Assembly: GCA_015478895.1 (NCBI GenBank) | Contig: JADMKK010000024.1 | Span: 37,803 to 101,802, forward strand | Length of the DNA stretch: 64,000 bases | Origin: Comamonas sp. | GTDB taxonomy: Bacteria > Pseudomonadota > Gammaproteobacteria > Burkholderiales > Burkholderiaceae_C | Reading direction: 5' to 3' | In this document: piece by piece, positions 29,909 through 39,998 of the stretch | How positions within the stretch are numbered: position 1 is the first letter of the stretch | Layout of the letters: each line of letters starts with the position of its first letter | Notes under the pieces: model-generated | Database searches by the model: none | What the model was told of the DNA's origin: nothing | Seen by the model: the letters and a program-made list of their open reading frames with translations, nothing else | Translations under genes and position numbers: made by a program

Positions 29909-32112
29909 TGATGAAAAAGTTATTTGCCAGTGCGCGTGCTGTGGCCTTCTCTACCTGCGTCATGGGGGCGGCTTTGGCTTCCTATGCGCAGGTGCTGGTA
30001 GAGCTGAATTTTACGGATGCACGTATCGATGCCGTGGCTTCTTCGGTAGGCGCCATGATTGGCAAGAACGTGGTGGTAGACCCCAAAGTCAAAGGCAATA
30101 TGACCTTGGTGAGTGATAGCCCCGTTACCCCAGCCAATGCCTTGGCGCAATTGCAAAGTGCATTGCGCATGCATGGGTTTGCCATGGTGGATGCTGGCGC
30201 CATCTACAAAGTGGTGCCAGAGGCGGAAGCCAAAAGTCATGCCTCTAAGGTGAATGTGCCCGCGATAGGTGCAGAGATGCAAACGCGTGTTTTTAAGCTA
30301 CAGCATGAAAATGCCAGCCAGGTACTCAACGTTATCAAGCCCCTGGTTACGCCGAACAATGTAGTCAACGTGAACGCAGGCAATAACGCGCTGGTGGTGA
30401 CGGACTATGCAGACAATATTGCACGCATTGGCAAGGTGATTGCATCGTTGGATCAGGAGACTGCTTCGGACCTGGAAATCATTGCGCTGGAGCACGCGAT
30501 CGCTTCCGAAATGGTGCCCCTATTGCAGCAGTTGGTCAACGGCAGCAGCTCTGGCGGCCCAGCACGTGCGGCCGCTGACCAAGTGCTGGAGTCATCGTTA
30601 ATGGCAGACAGCCGCAGCAACACCTTGATCGTGCGTGCGGCCAACCCTGCCAAGCTGGCGCAGATTCGGTCGCTCGTTAAACGCCTGGATCAGCCGTCCA
30701 TTCAGAACGCGACTTCCTCGGGCAACATCCATGTGGTCTATCTCAAGCATGCCGATGCTGTCGCTTTGGCAGAGACCTTGCGCGCAGCGATTCGCACGCT
30801 GGAGGATGCAGCGCCAGGCGCCAAACTGGCCAACAACTCTGGCAGCGTAGCAGCACAAGCTGCCTCTTCAAGAGCGGGCGCCGCTTCCGGCATGTCCGGC
30901 CTTACCAATACAGATGCAGGCAGTGGGAGCGGCGGCGGTTTGGGCGGTGGCGGCTCTTTGACATTGGGGCAGACCCAAATGCCCAGTGTGGGCGGGCTGG
31001 TGCAGGCCGACCCCAACACCAACTCCTTGATCATTACCGCGCCCGCGCCGCTTTATCGCCAACTGCGTGCCGTGATCGACAAGCTCGACAGCCGCCGGGC
31101 GCAGGTGCTGGTCGAAAGCATGATTGTGGAAGTCTCCGACAACAAGCTGTCAGAGTTTGGCGTGCAATGGCAAGCGGCCATGGGGGGCGACGGCAAGACA
31201 GGTACTGCGATTGGCACCAACTCCGGGCTGGTGGGTGGCAATATTTTGGGCATTGCAGCGGGCATTGCCTCGGGTGACAAGGCACTCATGGCCAACGCGC
31301 TCAATAGCTTAGGGGGTGGACTTAATCTGGCGATTGCACCCAAGGCGCTGGGCCAGTACTACTTGGGCGCGCTGGCCAACTTTCTGCACCAGGATGGCAG
31401 CTCCAACGTGCTGAGCAAGCCCAATCTGCTCACGCTGGATAACCAGGAAGCGCGCATCATCATCGGCAACAATGTGCCTTTTGTGACGGGCTCTTACGCC
31501 ACCAGTGGTGGCAACAGTACGGTGAACCCTTTTACGACCGTGGAGCGCAAAGACGTGGGCTTGATGCTGCGTATTCGTCCCACCATCAATGAAAACGGCA
31601 CCGTCAAGCTCACCGTCAGCCAGGAAGCCTCCAGCATTGATGCATCAACGCTCAACAATACCAATGGTCCTTCCACCAGCAAGCGCTCGATTGAGTCCAC
31701 CGTGCTGGTGGACGATGGCTCCATTGTCATGATCGGTGGCCTGATGCAAGACCGCTACAGCAACAGCATGGACAAAGTGCCCTTGCTGGGCGATGTGCCT
31801 GTGCTGGGCAACTTGTTCAAATCCGAAAACCGCATGCGTGAAAAGAGCAATCTGATGGTGTTCCTGCGCCCTGTTGTGCTGCGCGATGCCCGGGCCAGTG
31901 AAGACTTGGCCATGGATCGCTACAGCTACATGCGTTTGCTGCAAAACCAGGTGCAGCCTGCGCCATCGGTGGTCTTGGGGAATGTTTCCGCGTCTCCGGT
32001 CATGCCCGCCCTCACCAGCTTGTCACAGCCCATGACCTTGTCTGCCCCGGTGGTTGCCCAGCCCATCGCGCCAGCGGTTTGGGATGTTGAGCCCATGCAC
32101 AGCCCGCAGTAA
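29908..32112 (+). CDS. gspD: T2SS secretin
   Basis: LNFTDARI N0 domain, repeated N domains, QVLVESMIVEV, PLLGDVPVLGNLF; ATG overlaps the gspN stop. Confidence 0.96.
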   Translation: MMKKLFASARAVAFSTCVMGAALASYAQVLVELNFTDARIDAVASSVGAMIGKNVVVDPKVKGNMTLVSDSPVTPANALAQLQSALRMHGFAMVDAGAIYKVVPEAEAKSHASKVNVPAIGAEMQTRVFKLQHENASQVLNVIKPLVTPNNVVNVNAGNNALVVTDYADNIARIGKVIASLDQETASDLEIIALEHAIASEMVPLLQQLVNGSSSGGPARAAADQVLESSLMADSRSNTLIVRAANPAKLAQIRSLVKRLDQPSIQNATSSGNIHVVYLKHADAVALAETLRAAIRTLEDAAPGAKLANNSGSVAAQAASSRAGAASGMSGLTNTDAGSGSGGGLGGGGSLTLGQTQMPSVGGLVQADPNTNSLIITAPAPLYRQLRAVIDKLDSRRAQVLVESMIVEVSDNKLSEFGVQWQAAMGGDGKTGTAIGTNSGLVGGNILGIAAGIASGDKALMANALNSLGGGLNLAIAPKALGQYYLGALANFLHQDGSSNVLSKPNLLTLDNQEARIIIGNNVPFVTGSYATSGGNSTVNPFTTVERKDVGLMLRIRPTINENGTVKLTVSQEASSIDASTLNNTNGPSTSKRSIESTVLVDDGSIVMIGGLMQDRYSNSMDKVPLLGDVPVLGNLFKSENRMREKSNLMVFLRPVVLRDARASEDLAMDRYSYMRLLQNQVQPAPSVVLGNVSASPVMPALTSLSQPMTLSAPVVAQPIAPAVWDVEPMHSPQ

Positions 32113-32120
32113 GGCCACCC

Positions 32121-33476
32121 ATGAGCCAATTGCTTTCTTATGCTTTTGCCAGCCGCCACCATTTGCTGCTGCAAGAAGGGGCGGTTGCCCAGCTGTGGGT
32201 GTGTGAACTCACCCCAGCCAGCGCGATCACGGAAGTGATCCGCAAGTTTGGGCAAATTGCCGTCAGTAGCCTGCCCAGTGAAACCCTGGAGCAGCGTATC
32301 AGTGAGGTTTACAGCGATACCGGTGACGCTGCGCGGTTGGTCAACAGCGTGCAAGACGAGGTTGATATCGGCATGCTGATGCAAGAAGTCGAGCGCACGC
32401 AGGATTTGCTGGCCTCCGAAGACGATGCCCCCGTGATTCGTATCCTCAATGCGCTGCTGCTGGAGGCTGCCAAGGAGGGCGCCAGCGATATTCACATTGA
32501 AGCTTACGAAACCCACTCGGCCGTGCGCATGCGGGTGGATGGGCAGATGCGTGAGATCGCACGTCCCAAGCGCGAGTTGCACAAGGCCTTGATTTCGCGT
32601 TTGAAGATCATGGCAGGGTTGGACATTGCAGAGTCGCGCCTGCCGCAAGATGGGCGCATCAGCACGCGGCTGGGTAACCGGATGATTGATATCCGCGTTT
32701 CCACCTTGCCCAACGCCTATGGCGAGCGGGCCGTGCTGCGTCTGCTCGACAAGTCCAACAACAAGCTCACGCTGGAAAGCGCCGGAATGTCTGGCGATTT
32801 ACTGGCCCGCTTTGATGGTCTGGTACGTCAGCCGCACGGCATTATTTTGGTGACGGGCCCCACAGGTTCGGGCAAAACCACCACGCTGTATTCGGCACTC
32901 AAGCGGCTGGATGCTTCCAGCATGAATATCCTGACGGTGGAAGATCCTATTGAGTATGAGCTGTCAGGCATTGGCCAGACGCAGATCAACGCCAAGATTG
33001 GGTTTAGCTTTGCCGAGGCTTTGCGTTCCATCTTGCGCCAGGATCCGGACGTGGTGATGGTCGGTGAAATTCGCGATGCAGAAACGGCGCAGATTGCCAT
33101 CCAGGCCTCGCTGACAGGTCACTTGGTCATTGCAACCTTGCACACCAATGACGCGCCCAGCGCCGTCACGCGCTTGGTGGAAATGGGCGTGGAGCCTTAC
33201 CTTTTGGCCAGCTCCTTGCTGGGCGTGCTGGCGCAGCGGCTGGTGCGCAAGTGTGACCCGCGTGCGCCCGGTCAGCTGCGGGGGCGCATTGGTATTTATG
33301 AGTTGTTGGTCATCAACCAGCAGATTAAAGATCTGGTCAATCAACATGCCCATGAAAGCGAAATCCGCCGCGCAGCGATTGCCAATGGCATGCAAACCAT
33401 GCGCAGTTATGGCGAAGTTTTGGTGGAGCAGGGAATTACAACCCAGGCCGAAGTCATCATGGCCACGGCAGACTAA
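32121..33476 (+). CDS. gspE: T2SS ATPase lacking the tetracysteine subdomain
   Basis: ASDIHIE, Walker A GPTGSGKTT, EDPIEY, RQDPDVVMVGEIRD, His box TGHLVIATLH. Confidence 0.96.
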   Translation: MSQLLSYAFASRHHLLLQEGAVAQLWVCELTPASAITEVIRKFGQIAVSSLPSETLEQRISEVYSDTGDAARLVNSVQDEVDIGMLMQEVERTQDLLASEDDAPVIRILNALLLEAAKEGASDIHIEAYETHSAVRMRVDGQMREIARPKRELHKALISRLKIMAGLDIAESRLPQDGRISTRLGNRMIDIRVSTLPNAYGERAVLRLLDKSNNKLTLESAGMSGDLLARFDGLVRQPHGIILVTGPTGSGKTTTLYSALKRLDASSMNILTVEDPIEYELSGIGQTQINAKIGFSFAEALRSILRQDPDVVMVGEIRDAETAQIAIQASLTGHLVIATLHTNDAPSAVTRLVEMGVEPYLLASSLLGVLAQRLVRKCDPRAPGQLRGRIGIYELLVINQQIKDLVNQHAHESEIRRAAIANGMQTMRSYGEVLVEQGITTQAEVIMATAD

Positions 33477-33478
33477 CG

Positions 33479-34702
33479 ATGGCCGGCTTTAGCTACGAAG
33501 CGCTGGATGCGCAGGGCCAGACCCAAAAAGGCACGCTGGACGCCGACTCCGCCAAAGCCGCCCGGTCTTTCTTGCGCCACCAAGGGCTGGTGCCTTTGGT
33601 GGTGCAAGAAAGCAAGCACACTGCCAAACGCCAGCAGGCATCTTGGCAATGGGTGCGGCCACGGCCAGCGCTCGCGAAAGCTGAGCTGGCGGTGTGGACA
33701 CGCCAGCTCGCCTCTTTGATGCAGGCCGGTTTGACCATTGAACGCGCCTTGCAAAGCCTCGGTGATGAAACCCAGCAACCGGCCTTGGTGGCGCTGATGG
33801 CCGATGTGCTGGCGCAAGTCAAAAGCGGTAACTCGTTCTCTCAGGCATTGGCACAGCACCCCGCCGAGTTTGATTCGGTGTATTGCGCCGTGGTGAGTGC
33901 CGGTGAGCGCAGCGGCAGTTTGGCGGTGGTGCTCACCAGTCTGGCCGATGATCTGGAAGCGGCGCAACTGCTCAAAAGCAAGATTCTGGGCGCTGCTTTG
34001 TACCCCTTGATTGTCAGCGCCATTGCGGTGCTGATCGTGGTGTTCCTGATGGTCTATGTGCTGCCCCAAGTGGCGGACACGTTTTCCAGCTCCAAGCGCA
34101 GCCTGCCGGTGTTAACCACGGTGATGTTGTGGATCAGTGCGCAACTGAGTCAATGGTGGTGGCTACTGCTGGCCTTGATTGTGTTGGGGGCGGGCAGTGC
34201 CAAACTGGCTTTGCGCCAGCCTGCGTTGCGCCTACGTTGGCATGCGTGGCTCACGCAAGCCCCGGTGCTGGGCAAACTGCTGCGCAACTACAACGCTGCG
34301 CGCTTTTCCAGCACTTTGGGGATGTTGGGCAGCGCGGGGGTGCCCATTTTGCAGGCGCTCAAGGCAGCCACGCAGACCGTGGGCAATCAGGCTATGAAGC
34401 AAGACCTAGAAGACGTCACTCGCATGGTGCGCGAAGGCGCACCACTGGGGCTTGCACTGGCACAAAAACCGCGCTTTCCGAAGCTGGTCAGCACCTTTGC
34501 ACGCTTGGGCGGGGAGACGGGCAACCTCGGCCCCATGCTGCTGCGTGTGGGCAAGCAGCTGTCTGATCAGGTGCAGCGCACCGCCTTGCAACTGGCTTCC
34601 GTGCTGGAGCCGCTGCTGATTCTGAGCATGGGTGTGGTCGTACTCATGATCGTGCTGGCGGTGCTGATGCCCATCATCGAGCTCAATAGCTTTGTGAAGT
34701 GA
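33479..34702 (+). CDS. gspF: T2SS inner membrane protein F
   Basis: TRQLASL, GERSG, ALYP, GETG and EPLLIL repeats of the GspF/PilC family. Confidence 0.96.
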   Translation: MAGFSYEALDAQGQTQKGTLDADSAKAARSFLRHQGLVPLVVQESKHTAKRQQASWQWVRPRPALAKAELAVWTRQLASLMQAGLTIERALQSLGDETQQPALVALMADVLAQVKSGNSFSQALAQHPAEFDSVYCAVVSAGERSGSLAVVLTSLADDLEAAQLLKSKILGAALYPLIVSAIAVLIVVFLMVYVLPQVADTFSSSKRSLPVLTTVMLWISAQLSQWWWLLLALIVLGAGSAKLALRQPALRLRWHAWLTQAPVLGKLLRNYNAARFSSTLGMLGSAGVPILQALKAATQTVGNQAMKQDLEDVTRMVREGAPLGLALAQKPRFPKLVSTFARLGGETGNLGPMLLRVGKQLSDQVQRTALQLASVLEPLLILSMGVVVLMIVLAVLMPIIELNSFVK

Positions 34703-35810
34703 GGGTGTGGGCTTGCAGCAGGCCCTTGGCACTGTGCGGTTCGCAGCGCAGGTACTGGGGGGCGATCTGCATGCTTGCACCCAGTTGGCGCGCGGCTTCC
34801 CACGGCCAGCGCGGGTTGTAGAGCATGGCCCGGGCGACGCCAATGGCATCAGCCTGCTCTGCATCCAGAATGGCTTGCGCTTGCTGGGGCTCGGTAATCA
34901 GGCCCACGGCAATCACCGGCATGCTGCCGTTCAAGGCCTTGCGCAATGCAGCGGCCAACGGCACTTGGTAGCCGGGGCCAACCGGGATCTGCTGCGCAGG
35001 GTGTAAAGCTGCGCTGGAGACATGCAAAAACGCACAAGCGCGTGCGGCCAGGGCGTGGGCCAGCACGGTGCTTTGTTCCACATCCCAGCCGCCTTCCACC
35101 CAGTCAGTGGCAGAAATGCGCACGCCGATGGGGAAATCTGCCGGTAAGGCGGCGCGCATGGCATCCAGCACTTCCAAGGTCAGGCGCATGCGGTTTTCCA
35201 GACTGCCACCATAGGCGTCGCTGCGGAGATTGGACAGCGGTGACAAAAACTGGTGCAGCAAATAGCCGTGTGCAGCATGCAGTTCAATCGCATCAAAACC
35301 CAGTTGGTGGGCCCGCACGGCGGCATCCACAAAGGCCTGGCGAATCTCTGCGATGTCTTGCAGCGTGGCGCTGTGCGGTGTTGGGTCGGTGGGCAAATAG
35401 CCCTGCGCACTGGCGCTGATCGTGGACCATGCCTGCGAGTGATTGGCGGCCATGGCACCCCCGCCTTCCCAAGGGCGCAGGCTGCTGGCTTTGCGGCCTG
35501 CATGCGCCAGCTGGATGCCCAGTGGCATGGGGCTGTACTGGCGAATGTGCGCCAGCACGGGCTGCAAGGCCTGGGCCTGGGCATCACTCCACAGCCCCAA
35601 GTCATAAGCGCTGATACGCCCGCGTGCTTCGACGGCGGTGGCTTCAAAAATCAAAAGTCCGGCGCCTGATTGCGCCAGGTTGCCGTAGTGCATGGTGTGC
35701 CAGCTGGTGGCGCAACCATCTTGTGCAGAGTACATGCACATGGGCGGAATGACGATGCGATTGCTCAGGGCGAGGCGGCCCAGATGAACGGGTGAAAACA
35801 ATGTGGACAT
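34683..35810 (-). CDS. NADH:flavin oxidoreductase (old yellow enzyme family)
   Basis: PPMCMYS, QLAHAGRK, ELHAAHGYLLHQFLSP, NLRSDAYGGSLENR. Confidence 0.95.
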   Translation of the reverse strand: MSTLFSPVHLGRLALSNRIVIPPMCMYSAQDGCATSWHTMHYGNLAQSGAGLLIFEATAVEARGRISAYDLGLWSDAQAQALQPVLAHIRQYSPMPLGIQLAHAGRKASSLRPWEGGGAMAANHSQAWSTISASAQGYLPTDPTPHSATLQDIAEIRQAFVDAAVRAHQLGFDAIELHAAHGYLLHQFLSPLSNLRSDAYGGSLENRMRLTLEVLDAMRAALPADFPIGVRISATDWVEGGWDVEQSTVLAHALAARACAFLHVSSAALHPAQQIPVGPGYQVPLAAALRKALNGSMPVIAVGLITEPQQAQAILDAEQADAIGVARAMLYNPRWPWEAARQLGASMQIAPQYLRCEPHSAKGLLQAHTLTSQSY

Positions 35811-35944
35811 GCGGGCGAATGAGGTAGTGAAAGACAGGCGCTGCAGCGCCCAACGCCTGCAGTTTATGCAAGCACACCCGCATTGGCACGCACGTTGGTG
35901 ATAGGGCTGTCAGGCAGTAGTGAATTCTGTAGCTATCTAAAAAT

Positions 35945-36024
35945 ATAGCTGCTGGCCCTTAAAGAAAAAGGGTTGCAGATAGATAACTATCTGAAAACGT
36001 TTATAGATAACGGCAAGCTGCTAT
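35945..36024. repeat. 80-bp palindromic element, copy 3
   Basis: ATAGCTGCTGGCCC...ACGGCAAGCTGCTAT ends; inner CAGATAG/CTATCTG. Confidence 0.8.
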
Positions 36025-36030
36025 AAAAAT

Positions 36031-36114
36031 TTAGTCTTGCGGGCGGAAACCGGTCAGGAAGTCGGGCGGCACCTTGCCATTGGTGTCGCGCGGCAAGGTA
36101 TCGGTGGTGTGCAG
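36031..36114 (-). pseudogene. tolA: Displaced 3' fragment of tolA (27 codons plus stop)
   Basis: LHTTDTLPRDTNGKVPPDFLTGFRPQD versus intact TolA end LHKTDTLPRDTNGKVPSEFLIGFRPQD. Confidence 0.9.
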
Positions 36115-36257
36115 TGTTGAGCCCGCTCGACGAAGCAGCAGGTACTGATGCCGTGGGTTTTTAGATTTGATATTTTTGCAACTTTTCAGGACTAAATGGC
36201 GCTTCGTGAAAAGTGTGCACTGTTGAAAATTCAAATCATAAATTCAAGGAGACATCA

Positions 36258-37259
36258 ATGGCTGACAACACATTCGTTAAGACATCGCTTTCAAGACGCA
36301 GTTGGGTCTTGGGTGGTCTGGCATTCGGAACTTCTTTGGGTTGGGGCCTCCCCCTCGCAACTGCCCAAGCACGTGCCTTGAAGCTCATCATTCCTTACAC
36401 CCCGGGTGGTTCCACTGATATTGCGGGCCGCATTTTTGCGCAAGCGGTTGGGCAGGAGATGGGCGTAACCATCGTGCCTGAAAACAAGGGCGGCGCTGCC
36501 GGTCTGATCGGCATGCAAGAAGTCGTGCGCTCTAAAGCGGATGGGACCGTGTTTGGTGTCAGCGGAATCGGCACCACGGCGCTGGTCGCGGTGACTCAGA
36601 AAAATCCACCCTATGATTTCCAGCGTGACTTGGAGGCGGTCGGCCACTTGGGTGCTTTTGGCAGCTTGGTGCTCACCCGTGCTAGCAGTCCATTTCAGAC
36701 CTTGCAGGAGATGGTGGCACACGCCAAGAAAAATCCTGAGTCGCTGTCCTTTGGTACGCCGCCCAATGGATCTCCCAGTTATTTGACGCTGAAGTATTTG
36801 CAGGATGCTGCAGGCATCCGAATCCTTGATGTGCCCTACAAGGGGCACACCGAGATTCTGAATGGTGTGCTGTCCGGAGAAATTGATCTCGGCATCGTGT
36901 CAGTACCCCAAGCGCAGGAACTGGTCAAGAACAAGAAACTCAAAGCGTTGGCCGTGACCAGTGCCAAGCGCTCCAATAGCGTGCCAGAAGTCCCTACGGT
37001 GGCTGAGTCGGGCTACCCCGGGTTTGAAGCCACATTGTGGAATCTCATCGTGTGTCGCAAGGGCACTGACCGCGAATTACTGCAACGCATGAATGCGGCC
37101 ATCAACAAGGCCATGGCACATCCAGACGTGCAAAAGCAGCTGCATCTGCAAAGCATTGAATTTGAGCCCTTTACGCTCCAACAAACCCAGGCTTTTGTCG
37201 CGGCAGAAACGCAGAAGTGGGAACGTATCGCCAAGCTGGTGAACCTCAAACCTGTTTGA
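36258..37259 (+). CDS. Tripartite tricarboxylate transporter substrate-binding protein (Bug/TctC)
   Basis: IIPYTPGGSTD, ENKGGAAG, VPYKG, VPTVAESG; twin-Arg-like SRRSW leader. Confidence 0.93.
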   Translation: MADNTFVKTSLSRRSWVLGGLAFGTSLGWGLPLATAQARALKLIIPYTPGGSTDIAGRIFAQAVGQEMGVTIVPENKGGAAGLIGMQEVVRSKADGTVFGVSGIGTTALVAVTQKNPPYDFQRDLEAVGHLGAFGSLVLTRASSPFQTLQEMVAHAKKNPESLSFGTPPNGSPSYLTLKYLQDAAGIRILDVPYKGHTEILNGVLSGEIDLGIVSVPQAQELVKNKKLKALAVTSAKRSNSVPEVPTVAESGYPGFEATLWNLIVCRKGTDRELLQRMNAAINKAMAHPDVQKQLHLQSIEFEPFTLQQTQAFVAAETQKWERIAKLVNLKPV

Positions 37260-37272
37260 GTGAATATGCACT

Positions 37273-37668
37273 ATGACTAAAAAAATTGAAGCCTCACCAC
37301 TGGGCACCTACCGTGCTTATTTGCAAAAGGAGCAACTGGCCTATCAGTACAGCCCTGAAGCAGGCCGTGCGGTGTTTTTTCCGCGCCTGGTGTGCCCCTT
37401 TTCTGGCAGTACTCACTTGGAGTGGCGCGTGAGCAAGGGCTTGGGAGAGGTGCACGCAAGCACCGTGGTCTACCCCAAGGATGCGCAGCCCTACAACGTG
37501 GCACTGATTGAGCTCGATGAGGGTTTTCGCATGATGAGCCGTGTCGAGGATATGGACCCGCACAACGTGAAGATTGGCCAGCGCGTGCGTGTGCGGTTTG
37601 TTGTAGAGGCTGGTGCGCCTGCACCTTTGCCTGTCTTTGTGCCCCAAGAGGAAGAAAACAATGACTAA
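37273..37668 (+). CDS. DUF35 / OB-fold protein (ChsH2-C-like) with degenerate Zn ribbon
   Basis: FPRLVCP, LEW, GEV-x-x-STVV, YNVALIELDEGFRMMSRV; precedes the thiolase-like gene. Confidence 0.9.
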   Translation: MTKKIEASPLGTYRAYLQKEQLAYQYSPEAGRAVFFPRLVCPFSGSTHLEWRVSKGLGEVHASTVVYPKDAQPYNVALIELDEGFRMMSRVEDMDPHNVKIGQRVRVRFVVEAGAPAPLPVFVPQEEENND

Positions 37669-38812
37669 TCGACGTGGCAGTGTCGCCATTGTGGGAGTCG
37701 CGGAGTCAGACCTGGGTGAAGTTGCGCAGGGCATGACGCCAGTGGATCTGATGGCGCAAGGAATGGTGCGTGCGCTGGATGATTGTGGCCTGCAACTCAA
37801 GGATGTCGACGGCTTGTTTGGTGCCGCGACACAAAGTCGCATGGTCACTCTGGCCTTGCGTGAGTATTTGGGTATTCAGCCACGTTATGGCGATTCCACT
37901 TATTTGGGTGGTTCGTCGTTCATGACCCATGTTGCCCATGCGCAGGCTGCCATTCAGGCGGGCTTGTGTGAAGTGGCTGTCATCACCTATGGCAGTACCC
38001 AGCGAAGTGATGGTCGCTCTGCGACGGGTGGCAGGGAGACCAATCCTTATGAAACGCCCTATAAGCCGTTCATGCCCTCTACGGCTTATGCATTGGCCGC
38101 ATCCCAGCACATGCACAAATACGGCACAACCCGTGAGCAGCTCGCAGAAATTGCAGTGGCTGCCCGGCAGTGGGCGTTGCTCAATCCGGCAGCTTGGGAG
38201 AAAAAACCGCTGACAGTGGAGGATGTCCTCAATTCTCGAATGATCAGTTACCCACTCACTGTACGTGACTGCTGTCTGGTCACTGACGGGGGTGGTGCGA
38301 TTGTGCTGACCTCTGCTGAGCGTGCAAAAGATCTGAAAAAACCTGCGGCCTATGTATTGGGTTGTGGTGAGTCGTACAGCCATCAGTCGATCTCCAATAT
38401 GGCGAATTTGACGGTCACGGCGGCCAAGCAGTCGGGGGAAAAGGCTTATGCCATGGCAGGCCTGGGGCCCAGAGATGTCAATGTGCGCGAGCTGTATGAC
38501 GCATTCACACTGACCACGCTGCTGTTTCTGGAAGACCTGGGTTTTTGCCAGAAAGGTGAGGGAGGGATTTTTGTCGCAGATGGCAAGTTGCGTCCTGGCG
38601 GTGCAATGCCGACCAACACCAATGGCGGGGGACTTTCCTATTGCCATCCTGGCATGTACGGCCTCTTTTTGCTGATCGAAGCCACGCGGCAGGTTCGCGG
38701 TGAATGCAATGCACGCCAGGTGGCTGGCTGCGATGTCGCTTTGGCACATGGCAACGGCGGGGTTTTGTCCAGCCAGAGCACTGTCATTTTGGGTAGCGCA
38801 GCTACGTTGTAA
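37661..38812 (+). CDS. Thiolase-fold protein lacking catalytic cysteines (Ltp2/SCP2-like)
   Basis: DCCLVTDGGGA, ELYDAFT, NTNGGGLSYCHPG, EATRQVRG. Confidence 0.9.
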   Translation: MTNRRGSVAIVGVAESDLGEVAQGMTPVDLMAQGMVRALDDCGLQLKDVDGLFGAATQSRMVTLALREYLGIQPRYGDSTYLGGSSFMTHVAHAQAAIQAGLCEVAVITYGSTQRSDGRSATGGRETNPYETPYKPFMPSTAYALAASQHMHKYGTTREQLAEIAVAARQWALLNPAAWEKKPLTVEDVLNSRMISYPLTVRDCCLVTDGGGAIVLTSAERAKDLKKPAAYVLGCGESYSHQSISNMANLTVTAAKQSGEKAYAMAGLGPRDVNVRELYDAFTLTTLLFLEDLGFCQKGEGGIFVADGKLRPGGAMPTNTNGGGLSYCHPGMYGLFLLIEATRQVRGECNARQVAGCDVALAHGNGGVLSSQSTVILGSAATL

Positions 38813-38861
38813 AAATTAAGGCCGCACTGCTGCGGCTTTTCAATTGCTTGTAAAGAAGAAC

Positions 38862-39998
38862 ATGGACGAAACCGAAGTCATGCTGGCGGATGCCGCGGAG
38901 GTCATGCTCAAGGATCGCCACGACAAAGAGCGTCTGCGTCAGGTATATCAAGGACGCAACGCCTATAGCCGTGCGTTGTGGCGTGAAATGGCAGAACAGG
39001 GGTGGCTGGCCATCAGCTTGTCCGAAGAGCTGGGTGGATCGGGGCTTTTGTCTCGCCATGCGGCAGTGATTGCCAAGGCCCTGGGTCAGCACGTGGTGCC
39101 AGAACCTTTTGTGAGCAGCGCAGCGATGGTGGCCTGTTTGGCTAATCATCTGCAGGTACAAAACGCTGCAGCTTGGCAACCCATCATTGAGAGCTTGCTC
39201 AGTGGCGACACCTGGGTCGCGCCCGCATGGCAAGAGTTTGCAAATACGGCTGGCGTAGCACCGACGCTGCAAGCGCAGCCAGGTGCGGCTGGCACGGTGC
39301 GTTTGCAGGGTGTCAAGCAAGCCGTCATTGCTGCGGACATGGCAGATCACTTGCTGGTAACGGCTTTCGACGGCACACAGGTTCAACTGTGGAGCGTCCC
39401 CTCCAGTGCGCCAGGTGTGGCGCTAGAAACTACTCTGGGCAGCGATGGCAGCAGTGTGGCGCGAGTGTCTTTCTCCCAAGTCGAAGTGGCACCTGCGCAA
39501 TGCTTAGGGCGCGGCGACGCGGTATTGCAAGCCTTGCTGCAAGCCCACGAGCTAGCGCTGGTGCTGACCAGCGCTCAACTTCAAGGAGTTGCTGAGCAGG
39601 CCTTGTACTTGACCGTGGAATACATGCGCACACGCCAGCAGTTTGGTAAGGCCATTGGAAGTTTTCAGAGCTTGCAACACTTGGCTGTGGATGCACGGGT
39701 TCAGCAGGCCCTTGGGCAAGCAGCCCTGAATGCAGCATTGCGCGATTTGGACGGACAGACCAGTACAACCACTGTGCGTAGCACCGTCGCGCGGGCCAAG
39801 GCGCGAACTGCGCACGCAGCACAAATGGCGGGGCGTTTTGGCGTGCAAGCCCATGGTGCTATTGGCTTTGCTGCCGAAGCAGACATTGGCTTGTATCTGA
39901 AATCTGCTTTGCGCCTGTCGGCCTACTTGGGCAATAGCAGCCACCAACGTCAACACGTCGCACAAGAACTTTTCGCGCAAGCACAGGTGTCCGCATGA
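38862..39998 (+). CDS. Acyl-CoA dehydrogenase family protein (probable non-catalytic-type subunit)
   Basis: RQQFGKAIGSFQSLQH, QAHGAIGF; short, degenerate C-terminus. Confidence 0.9.
   Translation: MDETEVMLADAAEVMLKDRHDKERLRQVYQGRNAYSRALWREMAEQGWLAISLSEELGGSGLLSRHAAVIAKALGQHVVPEPFVSSAAMVACLANHLQVQNAAAWQPIIESLLSGDTWVAPAWQEFANTAGVAPTLQAQPGAAGTVRLQGVKQAVIAADMADHLLVTAFDGTQVQLWSVPSSAPGVALETTLGSDGSSVARVSFSQVEVAPAQCLGRGDAVLQALLQAHELALVLTSAQLQGVAEQALYLTVEYMRTRQQFGKAIGSFQSLQHLAVDARVQQALGQAALNAALRDLDGQTSTTTVRSTVARAKARTAHAAQMAGRFGVQAHGAIGFAAEADIGLYLKSALRLSAYLGNSSHQRQHVAQELFAQAQVSA

Larger units (their letters stand above)
35945..36114. repeat. 170-bp direct repeat, left copy (80-bp element copy 3 plus tolA 3' end)
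   Basis: Aligns without gaps to 46431..46600; 25 mismatches by manual count. Confidence 0.95.

Noticed and set aside
36115-36234. Track ORF 36031..36234 as a real 67-aa gene
   Set aside because: Only its last 27 residues are TolA-like; the 5' part is AT-rich island junction and promoter sequence read through by chance.
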